This document shows, piece by piece, positions 60,891-64,000 of a stretch of 64,000 bases of DNA. Positions within the stretch are counted from its first letter, which is position 1, and each line of letters opens with the position of its first letter. Source of the stretch: Candidatus Delongbacteria bacterium (GTDB lineage Bacteria; CAIWAD01); assembly GCA_963663545.1 (NCBI GenBank), contig OY760505.1, positions 3,456,001-3,520,000 on the forward strand, given 5' to 3'. Under the pieces are notes generated by a model that saw only the letters and a list, made by a program, of their open reading frames with translations, was not told the origin of the DNA and ran no database searches. Made by a program: the position numbers and the translations under genes.

Positions 60891-61729
60891 GCTCCAATCC
60901 TCTTGCAAGTCGTCTAAGCGAGCAGCAGAATGCAGTGGCCGAGCGAGCCGGTGCGCAAATGGCACAGCTAGTACGAGTGCTGATGATCCTGCGCGGAGAG
61001 AATGGCTGCCCCTGGGACCGCGAGCAAACAGCACTTAGTTTGCGTCCTTACCTGCTGGAAGAGTGTCACGAAGTCCTTGAGGCGATAGAGGATCAGAATG
61101 GCCGCGATCTGCGCGAAGAGTTGGGCGATCTTCTGATGCACCTGGCTTTTCAGGCGCAAATTGCCTTCGAAGAGCAAAGCTTCGAGCTTGCTGACAGTCT
61201 AAGCGATATCGTCAACAAGCTTGTGTCACGCCATCCCCACGTCTTTGCCCAAGCCCAGGTCGAGGATGCCCGCGAAGTAGAGCAGCAGTGGGAGCGCATC
61301 AAGACCACGGAGAAGAAGCATCGCGATTCCATTTTGGACGGTCTGCCACGAGCCATGCCAGCCTTGTTGCTGGCGCAGCGTATTCAGGAGAAGGTGGCCG
61401 GAGTCGGTTTTGAGTGGCCCGAGGTAGATGGCGCCATCGAGAAGTTGCATGAGGAGCTCGCTGAACTGGCGGAAGCCCTCAAGCAAAGCGAGCGCAGGCG
61501 CGAGGACGAATTCGGCGATTTTCTTTTCTCTGTGGTGAATGTAGCACGCTACCTAGGAGTGCATCCTGAGGAGGCACTGCGCAGTACAAATGCGAAGTTT
61601 GTATCACGGTTTCGCCTGATGGAGAAACTGCTACGAGAGGCGGGATACCGATTGGCCGAATGTGATTTGGAGACGATGGACAGATTCTGGGAGCAAGCGA
61701 AGGGAATCCTACGAAAGCAGGCTATGTGA
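60887..61729 (+). CDS. mazG: Nucleoside triphosphate pyrophosphohydrolase
   Basis: LRGENGCPWDREQT, EELGDLL, RHPHVF, EFGDFLF; two MazG domains. Confidence 0.95.
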   Translation: MSSNPLASRLSEQQNAVAERAGAQMAQLVRVLMILRGENGCPWDREQTALSLRPYLLEECHEVLEAIEDQNGRDLREELGDLLMHLAFQAQIAFEEQSFELADSLSDIVNKLVSRHPHVFAQAQVEDAREVEQQWERIKTTEKKHRDSILDGLPRAMPALLLAQRIQEKVAGVGFEWPEVDGAIEKLHEELAELAEALKQSERRREDEFGDFLFSVVNVARYLGVHPEEALRSTNAKFVSRFRLMEKLLREAGYRLAECDLETMDRFWEQAKGILRKQAM

Positions 61730-61855
61730 TACAACAGAGTTCTCTTGCGCGACTGCTAATTCAGCTTGCCTGAGCCGACGACGCTTCTTATGCTGAGAAA
61801 CGCTGGCACACAGCTCGGGAAGACTGTTCGGCGTTGGAAACGGGAGGAAGAGGAC

Positions 61856-62083
61856 GTGTATTCCTACAAGGTGATCCAAGACTGCAGCTCCATGGATGGT
61901 CGCTTCCATCTGGATGCCGGTGAAATTGTAACCGGAAACGGCAATTTCGTTGGCAAGGTGGGAGTCCTGAAAGACGGTATCTGGGATCTCGTTGAGCGTG
62001 ACGCCTTGCAGCGTATCCGCTCCGGAGTCGACAGGCGCCAGGGCATGCCGGACCGCCGTGCCGGGGACGATCGTAGGTCCTGA
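61856..62083 (+). CDS. Small hypothetical protein with C-terminal DRR repeats
   Basis: GTG after GGAGGAAGAGGA; ends GVDRRQGMPDRRAGDDRRS. Confidence 0.55.
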   Translation: MYSYKVIQDCSSMDGRFHLDAGEIVTGNGNFVGKVGVLKDGIWDLVERDALQRIRSGVDRRQGMPDRRAGDDRRS

Positions 62084-62267
62084 GAGCCGCCAGAACTGCT
62101 TGATCGCTTGGCCTCCGCAGGGTAAATGCCCGGAGGCTACTGATAGGGCGGTTCTCCATGGATCACATGTCTAAGCTTTTTAACTTTTTCCTTGACATCG
62201 ACGTGTAAGCAAATGCAACTTGTTCGCAACCTGAAGACTGCTTGTCACAACACATTCGGAGGAACTC

Positions 62268-62552
62268 ATGGCCAAGGCGAAAGGCCCCTTTAACAAAGGC
62301 GACATGATCGAGTTTGTGGCCGCCAAGACCGAGCTGCCCAAGACCAAGGCAAAGGATGCCGTGGAGGCCGTGCTCGAGGCAATCAAGAAGAACGTTAAGA
62401 ACGACGTGCGCCTTGTTGGCTTTGGGACCTTCACGATCCAGAAGCGCAAACCGCGTAAGGGCTACAATCCCCGTACCGGTGAGCAGATCAAGATCAAAGC
62501 CTCCAAGACGGTCAAGTTCCGTCCCGGCCAGGCTTTCAAAGAGACGCTCTAG
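62268..62552 (+). CDS. hup: DNA-binding protein HU
   Basis: LVGFGTF, GYNPRTGE, VKFRPG. Confidence 0.95.
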   Translation: MAKAKGPFNKGDMIEFVAAKTELPKTKAKDAVEAVLEAIKKNVKNDVRLVGFGTFTIQKRKPRKGYNPRTGEQIKIKASKTVKFRPGQAFKETL

Positions 62553-62574
62553 GCACCTCTTCTGGCTTGAAGAC

Positions 62575-62603
62575 GAAAACGGGGACTTCGGTCCCCGTTT
62601 CTT
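62575..62603 (+). terminator. Terminator after hup
   Basis: AAACGGGGAC-TTCG-GTCCCCGTTT. Confidence 0.8.
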
Positions 62604-62629
62604 GTTAGGTGGGCAAAAACGCGCATGCC

Positions 62630-62658
62630 TTGACATTGAATTCATTCGATGCTAAAAT
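62630..62658 (+). promoter_or_regulatory. Sigma-70 promoter of the tRNA operon
   Basis: TTGACA-17 nt-TAAAAT, 22 nt before tRNA-Pro. Confidence 0.8.
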
Positions 62659-62680
62659 GGTCGTCTGTTCGTTGACGCAG

Positions 62681-62754
62681 CGGGGCGTTGCGCAGCCCGG
62701 TAGCGCGCCTGCTTTGGGAGCAGGAGGTCGCTGGTTCGAATCCAGTCGCCCCGA
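62681..62754 (+). tRNA. tRNA-Pro(TGG)
   Basis: Cloverleaf; anticodon arm CCTGC-TTTGGGA-GCAGG; GTTCGAATC T-loop; no encoded CCA. Confidence 0.95.
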
Positions 62755-62778
62755 TTGGTGGGACACCTGGTAATCGCT

Positions 62779-62851
62779 GCGCTCGTAGCTCAATGGATAG
62801 AGCACCGGCCTTCTAAGCCGACGGTTGCAGGTTCGAGTCCTGCCGGGCGCG
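62779..62851 (+). tRNA. tRNA-Arg(TCT)
   Basis: CGGC-CTTCTAA-GCCG anticodon arm; GTTCGAGTC T-loop. Confidence 0.95.
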
Positions 62852-62867
62852 ATGGTCCGATTGTCAT

Positions 62868-62942
62868 GGTGGATGTAGCTCAGTCGGTTAGAGCGCCTGG
62901 TTGTGGCCCAGGAGGTCGTGGGTTCAAGTCCCATCTTCCACC
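62868..62942 (+). tRNA. tRNA-His(GTG)
   Basis: CCTGG-TTGTGGC-CCAGG anticodon arm; encoded G-1 and C discriminator. Confidence 0.93.
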
Positions 62943-62955
62943 CTTTTCTTTTAAA

Positions 62956-63027
62956 GGCCCCATCGTCTAGTGGTTAGGACCACGGCCTTTCGAGCCGTAT
63001 ACGGGGGTTCGAATCCCCCTGGGGTCA
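62956..63027 (+). tRNA. tRNA-Glu(TTC)
   Basis: ACGGC-CTTTCGA-GCCGT anticodon arm; GTTCGAATC T-loop. Confidence 0.93.
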
Positions 63028-63029
63028 TG

Positions 63030-63064
63030 GCGCTGCAGTTGGAGAAACTGCAGCGCTTTTTTTT
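63030..63064 (+). terminator. Terminator of the tRNA operon
   Basis: GCGCTGCAGTT-GGAGA-AACTGCAGCGC followed by T7. Confidence 0.88.
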
Positions 63065-63181
63065 GCACTTGCTGTTCAGATTCGGGCAGAGTGTGCAAGA
63101 TCTGGCACACATATCTCTTCTGGTTCTCTCCTCGTCTAGCTAATTAGCTGTAATTACAAACATTAGTCGTTATGCAAAAAC

Positions 63182-63197
63182 TGGCACAAAGCTTGCC
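63182..63197 (+). promoter_or_regulatory. Sigma-54 promoter candidate
   Basis: Consensus TGGCAC-N5-TTGC, 45 nt before the ATG, AT-rich tract upstream. Confidence 0.7.
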
Positions 63198-63242
63198 ATC
63201 AGCTTTGCGTCGAGATCGGAATGTAAAACGACGAGGATAACC

Positions 63243-64000
63243 ATGACGCGCTATATGCTCCCCCTGCTGACCGGTTTGCTGATGGCCACCTTTGCTTTTG
63301 CGGATTGTGTGCCCTATTCCGTAGAAAGCTTTACCCAAGGCGTCTGCATGAATGGCCAGACCATTGAAGCGTCGCGCTCCAACCCGGACAACGCGCTGGG
63401 TGCTGAGCCGGATCGTGTATTCTTCAGCATGGGCTTCACTCCTGGTGGCGAGATTGTCTTTGCACTGGATCAAGCTTACCGTGGCGGTGAGCTGACCGTG
63501 TGGGAGACCACCTATCTCAATGGCAACTACTGTCTTGAAGAGGCGGAAGTCTATGTCGGTGATGGCTCCAACTGGACTTATCTTGGCTTGGCTGACAACG
63601 ACCGGGGTGCTGGCGGTGACTATCATCCCACTGCGTTTGACTTGAGTTCTATCACGGGCTGCTATTCTCATGTGCGCCTTGTCGACGTTACTTCGTTGAG
63701 CGCGGGCTGCCCTGCCGCGGGTGATGGCTTTGATCTGGATGCCATTTGTGTTGCGGGCGCCCAAAGTTGTGTCACGGCAGATGCCCGTGAGGTACAGAGG
63801 GCCGCTTTCGGTCTACGTGGCAACTACCCCAATCCCTTCAATCCGACGACGACCATTGGCTACACGCTGCCCGAGACCGGTTACGCCAATCTGAGGGTGG
63901 TGAATGTACAGGGCCAAACGGTGAGCACTTTGGTCAACGGTTTGCAGGCCGGTGGCGAGCACGACGTCAGTTTTGATGCCAGCGAGCTGCCCAGCGGCGT
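63243..64000 (+). CDS. Secreted protein with FlgD-Ig/T9SS-like C-terminal domain (runs off the window end; absent from the ORF track)
   Basis: Hand translation: MTRYMLPLLTGLLMATFAFADC...GDGFDLDAI...NYPNPFNPTTTIGY...FDASELPSG; GAGGA RBS. Confidence 0.85.
   Translation, partial: MTRYMLPLLTGLLMATFAFADCVPYSVESFTQGVCMNGQTIEASRSNPDNALGAEPDRVFFSMGFTPGGEIVFALDQAYRGGELTVWETTYLNGNYCLEEAEVYVGDGSNWTYLGLADNDRGAGGDYHPTAFDLSSITGCYSHVRLVDVTSLSAGCPAAGDGFDLDAICVAGAQSCVTADAREVQRAAFGLRGNYPNPFNPTTTIGYTLPETGYANLRVVNVQGQTVSTLVNGLQAGGEHDVSFDASELPSG

Noticed and set aside
3291..61732. Chi or KOPS identity for the iterated heptamer
   Set aside because: Both orientations occur at similar frequency (about 50 vs 41) with no polarity.
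61804..61820. Sigma-54 promoter before the DRR protein
   Set aside because: TGGCAC is present but the -12 GC is missing at the required spacing.
107..63764. Long antisense ORFs (e.g. 107-1114, 16239-18050, 35282-36646, 43654-44937, 63144-63764)
   Set aside because: Shadows of GC-rich sense genes with no recognisable motifs.
62681..64000. Integrative element at the tRNA cluster
   Set aside because: No integrase or duplicated tRNA 3' end within the window; a terminator follows directly.

Overview
Bacterial chromosomal window, roughly 59% GC by eye, with almost all genes on the + strand. Four proteins end in a 'PNPFN' FlgD-Ig/T9SS-like C-terminal domain, which suggests the FCB superphylum (Ca. 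Delongbacteria-like; inference only). Housekeeping genes (metK, ahcY, an EF-G2 paralogue, uvrC, purL, an atypical glmS, rlmB, mazG, hup, four tRNAs) are interleaved with large secreted or surface proteins: a six-domain FGE/CLec-fold protein, two tandem FG-GAP paralogues, a CotH protein, an M43 metalloprotease and a 2,600-aa PD40-TPR-CHAT protease. No transposase, integrase, reverse transcriptase, CRISPR array or rRNA was seen. Main signals the gene list does not explain: (1) the heptamer GTGATAC/GTATCAC (family GTRWYAC) occurs about 90 times by hand count against about 6 expected, inside genes, in every frame and both orientations; (2) an intact acyl-CoA-ligase homologue lacking all catalytic motifs is translationally coupled to a degenerate EF-G2; (3) an AsmA/YdbH + YdbL + exported CHAT protease operon; (4) a GlmS with a putative propeptide; (5) a REP-like intergenic repeat family bracketing accessory genes; (6) three sigma-54 promoters in front of secreted-protein genes. 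All counts and alignments were done by eye.
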